DNA of 64,000 bases from Armatimonadota bacterium (GTDB taxonomy: Bacteria > Armatimonadota > Zipacnadia > Zipacnadales > UBA11051): contig JABLXH010000015.1 in NCBI GenBank assembly GCA_013178155.1, positions 4,233 to 68,232 on the forward strand. The letters are read 5' to 3'. Shown here in pieces: positions 38,446 to 47,638 of the stretch (positions are counted from its first letter, which is position 1; every line of letters starts with the position of its first letter). A program made the position numbers and the translations under genes. The notes under the pieces are model-generated. The model had not been told where the DNA came from. It ran no database searches and was given only the letters and a program-made list of their open reading frames with translations.

Positions 38446-38763
38446 AGGGATGGTTTCGCCAGACTGTGTGACCACCCCTGCCGAACACTCGTAACTGCAG
38501 GCAGGTCCACAGCTCCCAGTATGCCGGCGGCTGACGCCGACCAGACACTCCCGGCCAGGCTCTGAGGGCAGCCGAGGGCGGTCCGGAGCCCGCGAGGCTG
38601 CGCCGGGGGAGTTGGGATCGCCACGGCCGCTGGAGCGCGCGTTGGCGAGTAACCGTCTCTCTGCTGTGGCCCGCTCGCCCTTGACCACGTCCGTCCGCGC
38701 CTGCTAAGGTGTATCCTGCGGGCGGGTCGGGGGCCACCCGCGGACGTCACAGGAGATGCCCCA

Positions 38764-40425
38764 ATGCCCTCTAACCCCAGGCTCGCGGCCCGCTTTGCCG
38801 GCATGAGTCCGTATCTTTTCCGGGACGTTCTCATCGGCCATGCGCGACTGACCCGCGGACAGGACGCACCGCTGCTGGACGCCACCCGCGAGGCACCAAA
38901 CTGGCAGCAACGCGACGTACAGCTGGCCTGGCATGTGCTGGGGCTTTACTGCGACTACGTCTACGGCGTAGTGGGCGATCCCGGGAACGTTCGGCTGCTG
39001 CCCAGGGCTGCGCCGCTGGACCATACCGCCGCCTTTGGCCGGTTCGCCGACGGCCTGATGGACCTCCGTGAGAGCCTGGCTGTCGGCATAGACTTCCTGT
39101 CGGAGCTGTGGCCCTATCTGGCCCAGAAGGTGCTCCCTGACCGCACGGAAAGCGAGATCATTGACGCCTTCACTCAGGCCATGAGCGGGGGCATCTACCC
39201 TTCGCCGCCCACCCTGGAGTTCGTCACACCCATCGTCCGGCGGTACCTGGCTGGCAAGCTCTTCCGCGGCGATACCAGCCTGGCCGACGAGTTCAGCGTC
39301 CACCTCACAGCGGGCGCCAGCGCTGGCTGGGTCCAGATTGCCCAGACGCTGACGGCCAACCACCTGCTCACCCCGGGCGACAAAGTTGCCCTCTTCTTGC
39401 CCACCTATCAGCCGCTCGCGGAGCTGTTCGCCCGCCAACTTGGCTGTGAGATCGTCGGCCTGGTCAGCGACCCTGGGGGGAGCTCTGCGCCGGATGCGGA
39501 GGACCTGGCGAAGCTGTCTGACCCCGCGGTGAAGCTGCTGGCGTTCATGTCGCCAAATGACCCGACCTCGGTCGCCATGGCCCCCGAGACTCTGGCCCGT
39601 CTGGAGCCCCTGGTGCGCAGCCGCCCCGACCTGCTGGTAGTCGCCGACTATTCGGGCGCCAATCTCCTGTCCAGCCCCCGGTTGACCGCCCTGCAGCGCT
39701 GGCCACGACAGACCATCGGGCTCTACGGCTTTGCTCACGACTTCGGCCTGGCCGGGGCGCGTCTGGGGGCCGTGGTCATACATCGTGAATGCGCTGCCGA
39801 CCGCTTGCTCGCCAACCTGCCGGCCGAAACGCAGGCCCGGGTCAGCGCCCGTTACGCCGGCCGACTCGTACAGCCCACGACGGCCTCCTTCCAGGCGCGC
39901 CTCACCGAGGAATCCGCCGGAGTGGCCTTCGGACATCTGGCGGGGCTTGCCCCTGCCCTGCAGGTGCTGCTTTGTCTCTGCGCTTCCTACGAGGCTATCG
40001 CGGAGCCGGCCGGAGCCACCTACCACGAATGGGTGCGACAGGAGCTCAGTCGGCGTCGCGCCGCCCTCTACCGGGGACTGGGAGGATCGCCGCCGGACCT
40101 GGGGCCCGCGGCCGCAAATCATTGCGTGCTGCTGGACCTGCAGACTTTGGCCCTGGGCGTGGACCCTGCGCTCGCCATCGGCTTGGAGCATACTGACATC
40201 TGGACCGCGCTGCTGCACCTCGCGCACGCCACCGGTGTCATCGTCATGCCCGCCCTGCCTTGCGGAGCGGGGCTGTGGTCTGTGCGGATACCCCTGGTGG
40301 GCCTGGGCGAGAGCGACTGCCTGGCCACGGGCAAGGCCATCCGGTCTTGTCTGCAGGCGCTGGGCACCGACACGCCGTGCCCGGCTTGCGATGATCTGAA
40401 CCGCCTGGGGGCTTCAGAGGACTGA
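38764..40425 (+). CDS. Aspartate 4-decarboxylase-like fold-type I protein lacking the PLP lysine
   Basis: MSPY, APNW, GIYPSP, LLTPGDKVAL, VAFGHLAGL, ATGVIVMP..WSVRI match the family; YSFSKYFG.TGWRLG appears as YGFAHDFGLAGARLG. Confidence 0.75.
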   Translation: MPSNPRLAARFAGMSPYLFRDVLIGHARLTRGQDAPLLDATREAPNWQQRDVQLAWHVLGLYCDYVYGVVGDPGNVRLLPRAAPLDHTAAFGRFADGLMDLRESLAVGIDFLSELWPYLAQKVLPDRTESEIIDAFTQAMSGGIYPSPPTLEFVTPIVRRYLAGKLFRGDTSLADEFSVHLTAGASAGWVQIAQTLTANHLLTPGDKVALFLPTYQPLAELFARQLGCEIVGLVSDPGGSSAPDAEDLAKLSDPAVKLLAFMSPNDPTSVAMAPETLARLEPLVRSRPDLLVVADYSGANLLSSPRLTALQRWPRQTIGLYGFAHDFGLAGARLGAVVIHRECAADRLLANLPAETQARVSARYAGRLVQPTTASFQARLTEESAGVAFGHLAGLAPALQVLLCLCASYEAIAEPAGATYHEWVRQELSRRRAALYRGLGGSPPDLGPAAANHCVLLDLQTLALGVDPALAIGLEHTDIWTALLHLAHATGVIVMPALPCGAGLWSVRIPLVGLGESDCLATGKAIRSCLQALGTDTPCPACDDLNRLGASED

Positions 40426-40523
40426 GTCTCTGCGGGCCCGACGTGCAACTACGGCGGCATTTTCTCATAACTAAGCTATAGAAGAAATGACTCAAAAAGC
40501 CCACAAGAACCGGTCGAAGGGGG

Positions 40524-40551
40524 TTGACAGGCAGGCGGCGTTTGCTATTAT
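40524..40551 (+). promoter_or_regulatory. Sigma70 promoter with extended -10
   Basis: TTGACA-16 bp-TATTAT preceded by TGn; AT-rich upstream region. Confidence 0.65.
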
Positions 40552-40556
40552 GCACA

Positions 40557-40657
40557 CGGACAGAGCCTAAATACAGGCATGAACGGTCCTTGCGACCGTT
40601 TTGTGCCGGGCCAGCCACATGCGGCCACCCCCCGGGACGCGCGCTGGCCCGTTTTTT
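40557..40657 (+). ncRNA. Candidate small RNA or cis-regulatory leader
   Basis: Promoter, then hairpin GGCAT-GAACGGTC-CTTGC-GACCGTTTT-GTGCC, then CGGGCCAGC...GCTGGCCCG followed by T6. Confidence 0.4.
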
Positions 40658-40784
40658 GTTAGCGTCATGCATCTGTATAACTCCACTATTATATAACCCA
40701 CGTCCAGAGCCTTGGCTCCGCCCTCTCCGGAAGGTATCCATCACCTCGGTGCCGAAGTCTGTATGGCCCAAGGGAGGGTTAGCC

Positions 40785-43031
40785 ATGGCGCAGCCAATCG
40801 ACCCGCTGACCTATCTGGAACGCCAGGACAAGTGGTACCTCGGCGGCGGCCGGGCCACTTGCTTCGCGCCGCCTTTCCCACTGCATCTCGATGCTCTTGG
40901 CTTTTGGGACGAGGCCCACTTCTGCGAAGTCCCGCTCCCGCGCCTTTTCACCTGCTTCGTGGTTGGGCCCACTGGTTCCCCTCTGCGTCTGCGCCGCCTC
41001 TCACGCTCATGGCGGCCGGACCGTCTGCGGCAGACGTTCGAGTGCGAGGGTGACGTCGAGCTGCAGGTGCGAGAGCAGAAAGTAGTACTGCAGGATGATG
41101 TGTTTGCCAGCCAGCTCACCTTCCTCAACCGCAGCGAAGAGCCGCGGGAGCTGGATGTGCTGGTGTGGAGCCTTCGCACACGGTTCTGTGGCGAAGACGG
41201 CGGCACCGGTCTGTTGACTTGCGAGTGCGAGGATGGGTGCGTCCATTTTGACGAAGTGGTGGCCGGAGGCGGTAGGCTGTACCTCTGCCTGGGCGCCAAC
41301 CAGGCTCCAGTGTCCATGGCGGTCAACCTCTGCGAGCCCAGCGCGCAACTGCCCTGGTACGCTATCTCCACTCTCCCGGAGAAGTTCCGCAACGGTCACC
41401 TGGCCGAGAACCGCAAGCTTGAGGTGGGCTCCACCCCGGCTGGCGATGTCCACATTGCCCTGCACTACCACATCGTGGTCCCCCCCCATGAGCGACGGGA
41501 GCTGGCGGTGGCCTGCGCCGTGGCCGCCACGCAGGAGCAGGCCCGTGCCTGTCACAGCAGCGCGGTGCAGATGGATGTGGTGGCCGCAGCCGTCAGCCAG
41601 TGGCGTCAGTTCTTTGAAGGCATCCCTTACTTCTCTTGCAGCGATCCCTTCCTGACCCGGTACTACTGGTACCGATGGTTTGGCCTCAGGCTGTGCATGG
41701 TGGACGCGGGCGCTGGATTCCTGCCCTGGCCCTGCGTCTTTGAGGGAATCGGCGGCTTCCGACAGCACATCTCGTATTCCGCCCAGTGCCACATGCTGGA
41801 GTGCGCCTGGATGCACGACCCGTCCTATGCCCAGGGCAGCCTGTTGGGCTTTCTGGACAGTCAGCTGGACTCCGGCCAGCTACGGGGACACCTGGGGTTA
41901 TTTCAGGCCGACGAAGGCTTCTACCACGCCAACTGGGGCGCCCATGCCCTGGACCTGCTGGCCATCCATCCCGACGCGGACTTTGCCGCCCGTATCTACG
42001 AACCACTCTGTCGCTATGCGCAGTATTTTGACCGGGAGCGAGACCCGGAGCAGTCGGGCCTCTACGATGTGCTGAATCAGGGTGAGACCGGGCAGGAGTA
42101 CATGCCCCGCTATCTGGCTGTGGACCCCGAGGCCGACCAGTGGAAGCCCATCCGTCTGAAGGGCGTGGATGCCACGGTCTACATGTACCAGCTCAAGCGG
42201 GCGCTGGCCAAGCTCGCCGCCGACCTGGGCCGGCCGGATGAGGCCAGGGAATGGTCGCGCCAGGCCGATCTTGTGGGCCAGGCGATTCTGCAGCACATGT
42301 GGGATCCCGACCGTGAGATGTTCTATGACTGCGATCCTGAGACCCTCAAGCCCACGGGGGCTGCGGCGGCAGTGGGGTTCTACCCCTTCCTGACCGACCT
42401 CTGCAACGAAGCGCACCGCGGGGCGTTGCGCCACCGTCTGCTCAACCCGCGCGAGTTCTGGCTGCCGTGTGGACCACCGTCCACCAGCGCCGACGATGGT
42501 CTGTATTCGGCCCAGGCTGAATGGAAGGGCAAACGGATGAACTGCCCGTGGAACGGGCGCATGTGGCCCATGACGGCCAGTCATCTCTGTGCCGCGCTGG
42601 CACGGGCCGCCAAGACCCACTCGCCCTTGCTGCGCCTGCAGGCAGCCGAGCTTATCCGCCGCTTCGTCCACACCATGTTCTTTGAGCAGGACCCGGAGCG
42701 GCCCAACTGCTTTGAGCATTACAACCCGGTCACCGGCGAACCCTCCGCCTACCGGGGCATTGATGATTACCAGCACTCCTGGGTCGTGGACCTCATCATC
42801 CGCCACGTCGCCGGCCTGGAACCACGCCACGACGACCTGTTGGTGGTAGACCCGCTGGACTTCGACCTCCGGGAGTTCGAGCTGCGCCGGGTCCACTATC
42901 GGGGCCATGTCGTGGACATCGTGTACGGTCCTGTAGACCCGGAACGGGCACCGATGCTGCAGGTCTTTGTGGACGGTGCGGAGCGCGCCTCGCGCGAGGG
43001 CCTGGGTCGTATCGAGATACAGCTACCCTAG
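40785..43031 (+). CDS. MGH1/GH63-like (alpha/alpha)6 glycoside hydrolase
   Basis: YYWYRW, ETGQE..PRY, VDATVYMY, MWDPD..FYD, WNGRMWP, CFEHYNP.TG; GGGAGG RBS. Confidence 0.75.
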   Translation: MAQPIDPLTYLERQDKWYLGGGRATCFAPPFPLHLDALGFWDEAHFCEVPLPRLFTCFVVGPTGSPLRLRRLSRSWRPDRLRQTFECEGDVELQVREQKVVLQDDVFASQLTFLNRSEEPRELDVLVWSLRTRFCGEDGGTGLLTCECEDGCVHFDEVVAGGGRLYLCLGANQAPVSMAVNLCEPSAQLPWYAISTLPEKFRNGHLAENRKLEVGSTPAGDVHIALHYHIVVPPHERRELAVACAVAATQEQARACHSSAVQMDVVAAAVSQWRQFFEGIPYFSCSDPFLTRYYWYRWFGLRLCMVDAGAGFLPWPCVFEGIGGFRQHISYSAQCHMLECAWMHDPSYAQGSLLGFLDSQLDSGQLRGHLGLFQADEGFYHANWGAHALDLLAIHPDADFAARIYEPLCRYAQYFDRERDPEQSGLYDVLNQGETGQEYMPRYLAVDPEADQWKPIRLKGVDATVYMYQLKRALAKLAADLGRPDEAREWSRQADLVGQAILQHMWDPDREMFYDCDPETLKPTGAAAAVGFYPFLTDLCNEAHRGALRHRLLNPREFWLPCGPPSTSADDGLYSAQAEWKGKRMNCPWNGRMWPMTASHLCAALARAAKTHSPLLRLQAAELIRRFVHTMFFEQDPERPNCFEHYNPVTGEPSAYRGIDDYQHSWVVDLIIRHVAGLEPRHDDLLVVDPLDFDLREFELRRVHYRGHVVDIVYGPVDPERAPMLQVFVDGAERASREGLGRIEIQLP

Positions 43032-43068
43032 GCTGACACTTGCCACATCTGTCAGACTGCCAGAGACC

Positions 43069-44025
43069 ATGCCAGCCGCCACGCCGCCAACTACCACCGC
43101 CTCGCACCGCCGCCGCCTGGACTGGAGCGGCTACCTGTTCCTGCTGCCCAACGCCGCCGGGTTCCTGACCTTTACGCTGCTGCCCGTCCTGGCCGCCTTC
43201 TTGCTGTCCTTCACTCGGTGGGACGCAGTGGAGTCGTGGCGCGGTATCCATTTCGTCGGTCTGGACAACTATGTGGATATCCTGGGTTTCACCCGCGACG
43301 CCAACGGTGTGACGCCGCGGGACGTGTACTTCTGGCGCTACATGTACAACACCGTCTTCCTGATGCTGGGCATTCCCATCGGCATGGCGCTGTCGTTCTT
43401 CTGCGCTTTGCTGATGAACCAGAACCTGCGCGGCATCACGTTCTATCGGGTCATCTACTTCCTGCCGACGGTCTGCTCGACGGTGGCGGTGGCTGTGGTG
43501 TGGCGGTGGATCTATGACGCCGACTGGGGCCTGCTGAACCAGGGCCTGCAGTTGCTGGGTGTTGACAACCCGCCCCGGTGGCTGCAAGACCCGTCGTGGG
43601 CGAAGCCAGCCCTCATTCTGATGGGGCTGTGGATGGGCGTTGGCGGCTACAACTGCGTCCTCTACCTGGCCGGCCTGCAAAACATCCCCCAGGAGCTGTA
43701 TGAGGCTGCCGAGCTGGATGGCGCCAACTGGTGGCACCGCGTACGGAGTATCACTTGGCCCATGCTGGCGCCGACCACGTTCTTCATCCTGGTGATGTCG
43801 CTGATCTCGGGCTTCCAGGGGCATTTCGTGGCCATCCACATCCTCACCGCCGGCGGACCGGCGGGAGCGACGACCAACCTGCTTTACTACATCTACCAAT
43901 CCGCCTTCAACCACCAGAAAATGGGCTATGCCTGCGCCCTGGCCATGGTCCTGTTCGCGCTCATCTTCGCCTGCACCATGGTGCAATGGCGCCTGGGCAA
44001 GCGGTCCACGGAAGTATCGCTGTGA
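43069..44025 (+). CDS. Carbohydrate ABC transporter permease (MalF-like)
   Basis: GYLFLLP, FVGLDNY, YLAGLQNIPQELYEAAELDGA (EAA motif), MGYACA. Confidence 0.93.
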   Translation: MPAATPPTTTASHRRRLDWSGYLFLLPNAAGFLTFTLLPVLAAFLLSFTRWDAVESWRGIHFVGLDNYVDILGFTRDANGVTPRDVYFWRYMYNTVFLMLGIPIGMALSFFCALLMNQNLRGITFYRVIYFLPTVCSTVAVAVVWRWIYDADWGLLNQGLQLLGVDNPPRWLQDPSWAKPALILMGLWMGVGGYNCVLYLAGLQNIPQELYEAAELDGANWWHRVRSITWPMLAPTTFFILVMSLISGFQGHFVAIHILTAGGPAGATTNLLYYIYQSAFNHQKMGYACALAMVLFALIFACTMVQWRLGKRSTEVSL

Positions 44026-44040
44026 GGAGGCTCGCCACCC

Positions 44041-44760
44041 ATGTCCGAGGACTTGACCAGCTATCCGGAGCCGCAGCAGTACTACCGTGTCAACATGACC
44101 GCGTTGACCTGGGCTGAGATCTACCGGGCTTCGGGCAACCCGCTCAGCTTCATCCTGGCGCTGCCGTTCCTCGGTGTCATCAAGCTGCTGAACCTCACCG
44201 TGGCGACGACAGTGATGCCCAAGGAGGTGACTTTCCGACCGCTGAGCCAGGCCCTGGCGCCCGGCACTGCGCGGCGCTTGCAGGCCATCGTGGACGGCCT
44301 GGAGAGTCTGGGCTTCCAGCCCTTCAGCACCTTCGAGTTGCCCGAGATGCCCTACCGCGCGGCGATCTTCGCGCTGGTGCACGAGTCGGGCACCGCCTAC
44401 GCCGATGTCACCTACCTGCAGGCGCGCGACCTCCACTACTTTGAGTTTGTGAGCCGCTTTCCCGACGGCGCCTCCCTGACCACCGTCAACCGCCGGGACG
44501 GCGTGGCGATCGAGACTCCGCCGGGAAAGGTGCACCAGTACGTGGGTACCCAGGATGCCCGCGTGCTCTGGGAGCAGCACCAGGCCAAAGTGCAGGAGAT
44601 GGCCGCCCTGCACGGGCCGCCGCTCTCCAACCTCAGCGCCGACAGCTTCTTTGGTCACTTCCGGCAGGCACTCCGCGAGATGGCTCTCTTCCAGGCCCAG
44701 CGCGGCGTCTTTCAGCCGACGCCGCCACCCATTTCCGCACCGGGGTCCTGGCAGAAATGA
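44041..44760 (+). CDS. Hypothetical protein with one N-proximal hydrophobic segment
   Basis: GAGGAGG RBS, typical codon usage, ATGA overlap with next gene. Confidence 0.7.
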   Translation: MSEDLTSYPEPQQYYRVNMTALTWAEIYRASGNPLSFILALPFLGVIKLLNLTVATTVMPKEVTFRPLSQALAPGTARRLQAIVDGLESLGFQPFSTFELPEMPYRAAIFALVHESGTAYADVTYLQARDLHYFEFVSRFPDGASLTTVNRRDGVAIETPPGKVHQYVGTQDARVLWEQHQAKVQEMAALHGPPLSNLSADSFFGHFRQALREMALFQAQRGVFQPTPPPISAPGSWQK

Positions 44761-45923
44761 GCGTTCCTCGCCGGGCGCGTCGCGTGCCTCTGTCGGCGGT
44801 ACTGACCCACGTGGCCCTGGGCCTCGGCGGGGCGACGATGCTGCTGCCGCTGCTGTGGATGATCAGCACCTCTCTCAAGGAACCGGGAGAGGCCATGACC
44901 TTTCCGCCCGAGTTCCTGCCCCGCGCGCCCGTGACCTGGACCGACCCAAAGACAGGGCGAGAGCTACCGGTCTTCCGGTGCAACATTCAGGGCACGCCCT
45001 GTCAGGTGGCGCGTCTGGGCACCCGTGAGGGTCAAGCGGAGGTCATTGTGCTGGCGCCCCAGGTTATGGCCGGGCAGCGGGTGGGCGTGCCGTTGACCAT
45101 CACGGTGGACGGCCGTCCGCGCCGGGCGCTGGAGCCGGTCAAGCGCCTGGCCTTCCGCTGGCAGAACTTCCCCGATGCCTGGAACGCCCTGAAGCTGCAG
45201 CGTAACTGGATGGCCTGGGAGTGGCCCTATCGTCTGCAGCTCGGTCCCTTGCGCCTCGGCCCGTTCCGGTCTTCGGGGCTACCCCTTCGCAACGCCTTCC
45301 TGGCGTTCTACCTGAACTCTCTGATCGTCACCTGCGTGGTCACCGTCGGAGCGGTGTTCACCTCCAGCCTCGCGGCCTTTGCCTTCGCGCGGCTGCGCTT
45401 TCCGGGGCGTGACAAGCTGTTCGTCGGTTACCTGGGCACCATGATGGTCCCGGCTGTGGTCACCATGATCCCGGTCTTCGTTCTGACCAAGCTGCTGGGC
45501 ATCCACGACACCTACCTGGCACTCATCCTGCCGCCGATGTTCACGGCTTATGGTACGTTCCTGCTGCGCCAGTTCTTCCTGAGCATCCCCGGCGAGCTAG
45601 AGGACGCAGCCCGCATGGACGGTTGCGGCCTCTGGGGCATCTACCGCCACGTCATCCTGCCGCTCTCCCGTCCGGCCCTGGCGACCCTGACCACCTTCGA
45701 GTTCCTGTCCACCTGGAACAGCTTCATGTGGCCGCTCATCGTCATTGACAGCATGGAGAAGAAGCCGCTGATGGTCGGCCTGTATGCCTTCATGGGCCAG
45801 TACAACACCGAATGGACACTGCTGATGGCGGCCTCGCTGATGGTCATGGCCCCGGTGGTCATCGTCTTCATCCTGGGCCAGCGGTACTTCGTCAAGGGGA
45901 TCGTGCTGAGCGGCATGAAGTAG
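44757..45923 (+). CDS. Carbohydrate ABC transporter permease (MalG-like) with large extracytoplasmic insertion
   Basis: PLLWMISTSLK, NSLIV, AAFAFARL.FPGR, FLLRQFF.SIP.ELEDAARMDG, WNSFMWPL. Confidence 0.92.
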   Translation: MSVPRRARRVPLSAVLTHVALGLGGATMLLPLLWMISTSLKEPGEAMTFPPEFLPRAPVTWTDPKTGRELPVFRCNIQGTPCQVARLGTREGQAEVIVLAPQVMAGQRVGVPLTITVDGRPRRALEPVKRLAFRWQNFPDAWNALKLQRNWMAWEWPYRLQLGPLRLGPFRSSGLPLRNAFLAFYLNSLIVTCVVTVGAVFTSSLAAFAFARLRFPGRDKLFVGYLGTMMVPAVVTMIPVFVLTKLLGIHDTYLALILPPMFTAYGTFLLRQFFLSIPGELEDAARMDGCGLWGIYRHVILPLSRPALATLTTFEFLSTWNSFMWPLIVIDSMEKKPLMVGLYAFMGQYNTEWTLLMAASLMVMAPVVIVFILGQRYFVKGIVLSGMK

Positions 45924-45945
45924 CGATACCTACAGGAGAAGAGAT

Positions 45946-46512
45946 ATGCCCAAGGACCTTCTGCTCTTCGATACGCCGGGCCCAACCAACACGGCGCAGA
46001 CCCTGGCGGCGGCCGTAGCTCGCGCCGAGGAACTGGGGCTTCGTTATCTGGTCGTGGCCTCCACGACCGGCGACACGGCCGAGGCCCTCCGCCGCGAAGT
46101 TGGCGAACGCGACATGCAGGTCGTCTGCGTCAGCTACCATGCCGAGTTCAGGGGCGGTGATGAGGTGATGCCCAGGGAACGCCGGGTTGAGCTCCGGGAA
46201 CAGGGGATCGAGGTCGTCATCGGCTCACACGCGCTAAGCGGCGTCGAGCGCGCCATCTACAACAAGTTTGGCACCATCGGGCCCGTGGAGCTGATGGCCC
46301 ACTGCCTGCGCTGCTTCGGGCAGGGCATCAAGGTCGCCGTTGAGGTGGCGGTGATGGCGGCCGACAGCGCCGCTGCCCCCACCTCAGAGGACATTGTCGC
46401 CATCGGCGGCTCGGGGAAGGGCGCGGACGCCGCGGTGGTCATCCGGGCCGCGCACCAGAACAACTTCTTCGACCTGCGGGTCCGCGAGATCATCGCCATG
46501 GTGCGCGGCTAA
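45946..46512 (+). CDS. Pyruvate kinase C-terminal-like alpha/beta domain protein (MTH1675-like)
   Basis: PGP.NT..TL, VVASTTG.TA, HALSGVER, FGQGIKVAVEVAVMAAD, AIGG.G.GAD. Confidence 0.82.
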   Translation: MPKDLLLFDTPGPTNTAQTLAAAVARAEELGLRYLVVASTTGDTAEALRREVGERDMQVVCVSYHAEFRGGDEVMPRERRVELREQGIEVVIGSHALSGVERAIYNKFGTIGPVELMAHCLRCFGQGIKVAVEVAVMAADSAAAPTSEDIVAIGGSGKGADAAVVIRAAHQNNFFDLRVREIIAMVRG

Positions 46513-47630
46513 CGGCCGATGGGGTATGTCCCCACCTTCCGCAGTTCGTCTATCGCCGCCAGGTAGTTCTCTGCCTTGGCGCTGACGGTCACCGAGTGCG
46601 AAGTCCCCAGAATGAGGCCACCGCCCGGGGCGCAGCCGTAGATCGTCTCCCGCACTTGCTGGCGGATCTCCTCCGGGGTTCCTACTACCATCGTATGGGT
46701 CGAGAACCCGCCCCACAAGGCCAGCCGATGGCCCCAGGTGCGGCGCAGGCCCACGATGTCCTCCTCGGGCTGGATGGCCTGGTAGCAGTCAATGCCCGCC
46801 TCAATCATCTGATCAATGAGCAAGCGGTTGTCACCACAGGCATGCCATAACACGGGCACGCCGTGGCGGTGCACTCGCTCGCACAGAATCCTGATCGAAG
46901 GCATGTGGACTTCGCGGAAGGTCTTCGGCGACATGAAGGGGCCGTGGTTGTGGCCAAAATCCTCACCGATGGCGACGTTGTCGCAGCCCCGCTCAAAGTA
47001 CATGCTGAAGTCGGTAGCCTCTGCGCCGCGCAAGCGCTCCTCGCGCACCTTGTCTGGCTCCTCAGCCAGTCGCAGCATCATCGGCTCCCAGTCCAGCGCT
47101 GAGGGGTAGCCACAGGCCAGCCGCCGGCCGGGACGCGCCACGACGTAGTGGGTCGCCCCTAGCTCCTGCAGCGCGTAGTCAATGATCTCCCATTCGGACT
47201 CGTCCACCTCCGCCGGCGGCTCCCACAGGTCCGGGGCCGGCTGGGGGTCCAGGCCCCCGAGCTGGAAGAGCATCAGGTCATGGGTCAGGGCGCTGTAGCG
47301 ATACAGGTTGCCGCGCCAGTCGCGCCAGGTCTCGTGGTCCAGTTGCTGCAGCTTCTCGGGCTGGAAGCCCTTCGGGTAGGCCAGGTTGACGGCCAGGCCG
47401 TCCTGGTTGAACTCGCGGGCGAAGTCCACGATGTCGCGCTTCTGGCTGGCCACGACCTCGTCGCGCCCGCCGTCCCATAGCGCCTGCAGCTCCTTGAGCT
47501 TGGCCCGCCAGAAGGTCGGCCGACCCAGCAGGTCCTCGATCATGGTGTAGTCTATGGCGAACTCCATCATCGGAACGATGTCGGGTTCCTCGTGCCGCAG
47601 GGCCGCTGCCACTCGATCCTTGGATGTCAT
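46509..47630 (-). CDS. Uroporphyrinogen decarboxylase / MtaA-CmuA family protein
   Basis: MTSKDRV.AAL.HEEPD.VP, EDFG....PFMSP..F, WHACG, LWGG, GGGLIL..SHS. Confidence 0.85.
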   Translation of the reverse strand: MTSKDRVAAALRHEEPDIVPMMEFAIDYTMIEDLLGRPTFWRAKLKELQALWDGGRDEVVASQKRDIVDFAREFNQDGLAVNLAYPKGFQPEKLQQLDHETWRDWRGNLYRYSALTHDLMLFQLGGLDPQPAPDLWEPPAEVDESEWEIIDYALQELGATHYVVARPGRRLACGYPSALDWEPMMLRLAEEPDKVREERLRGAEATDFSMYFERGCDNVAIGEDFGHNHGPFMSPKTFREVHMPSIRILCERVHRHGVPVLWHACGDNRLLIDQMIEAGIDCYQAIQPEEDIVGLRRTWGHRLALWGGFSTHTMVVGTPEEIRQQVRETIYGCAPGGGLILGTSHSVTVSAKAENYLAAIDELRKVGTYPIGR

Positions 47631-47638
47631 GGTGCAGG

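Noticed and set aside
32468-40500. Integrative element or prophage at tRNA-Val
   Set aside because: No integrase, no duplicated tRNA 3' end seen, and thrS follows the tRNA directly.
40579-40662. 27-codon ORF (MNGPCDRF...) as a leader peptide
   Set aside because: No RBS, no regulatory codon run, and it runs through the terminator.
38704-44658. Long antisense ORFs (38704..40227, 42796..44658; also 19358..20998, 23240..24829, 54671..56164, 60205..61680)
   Set aside because: Shadow frames of real genes in GC-rich DNA, with no recognisable motifs.
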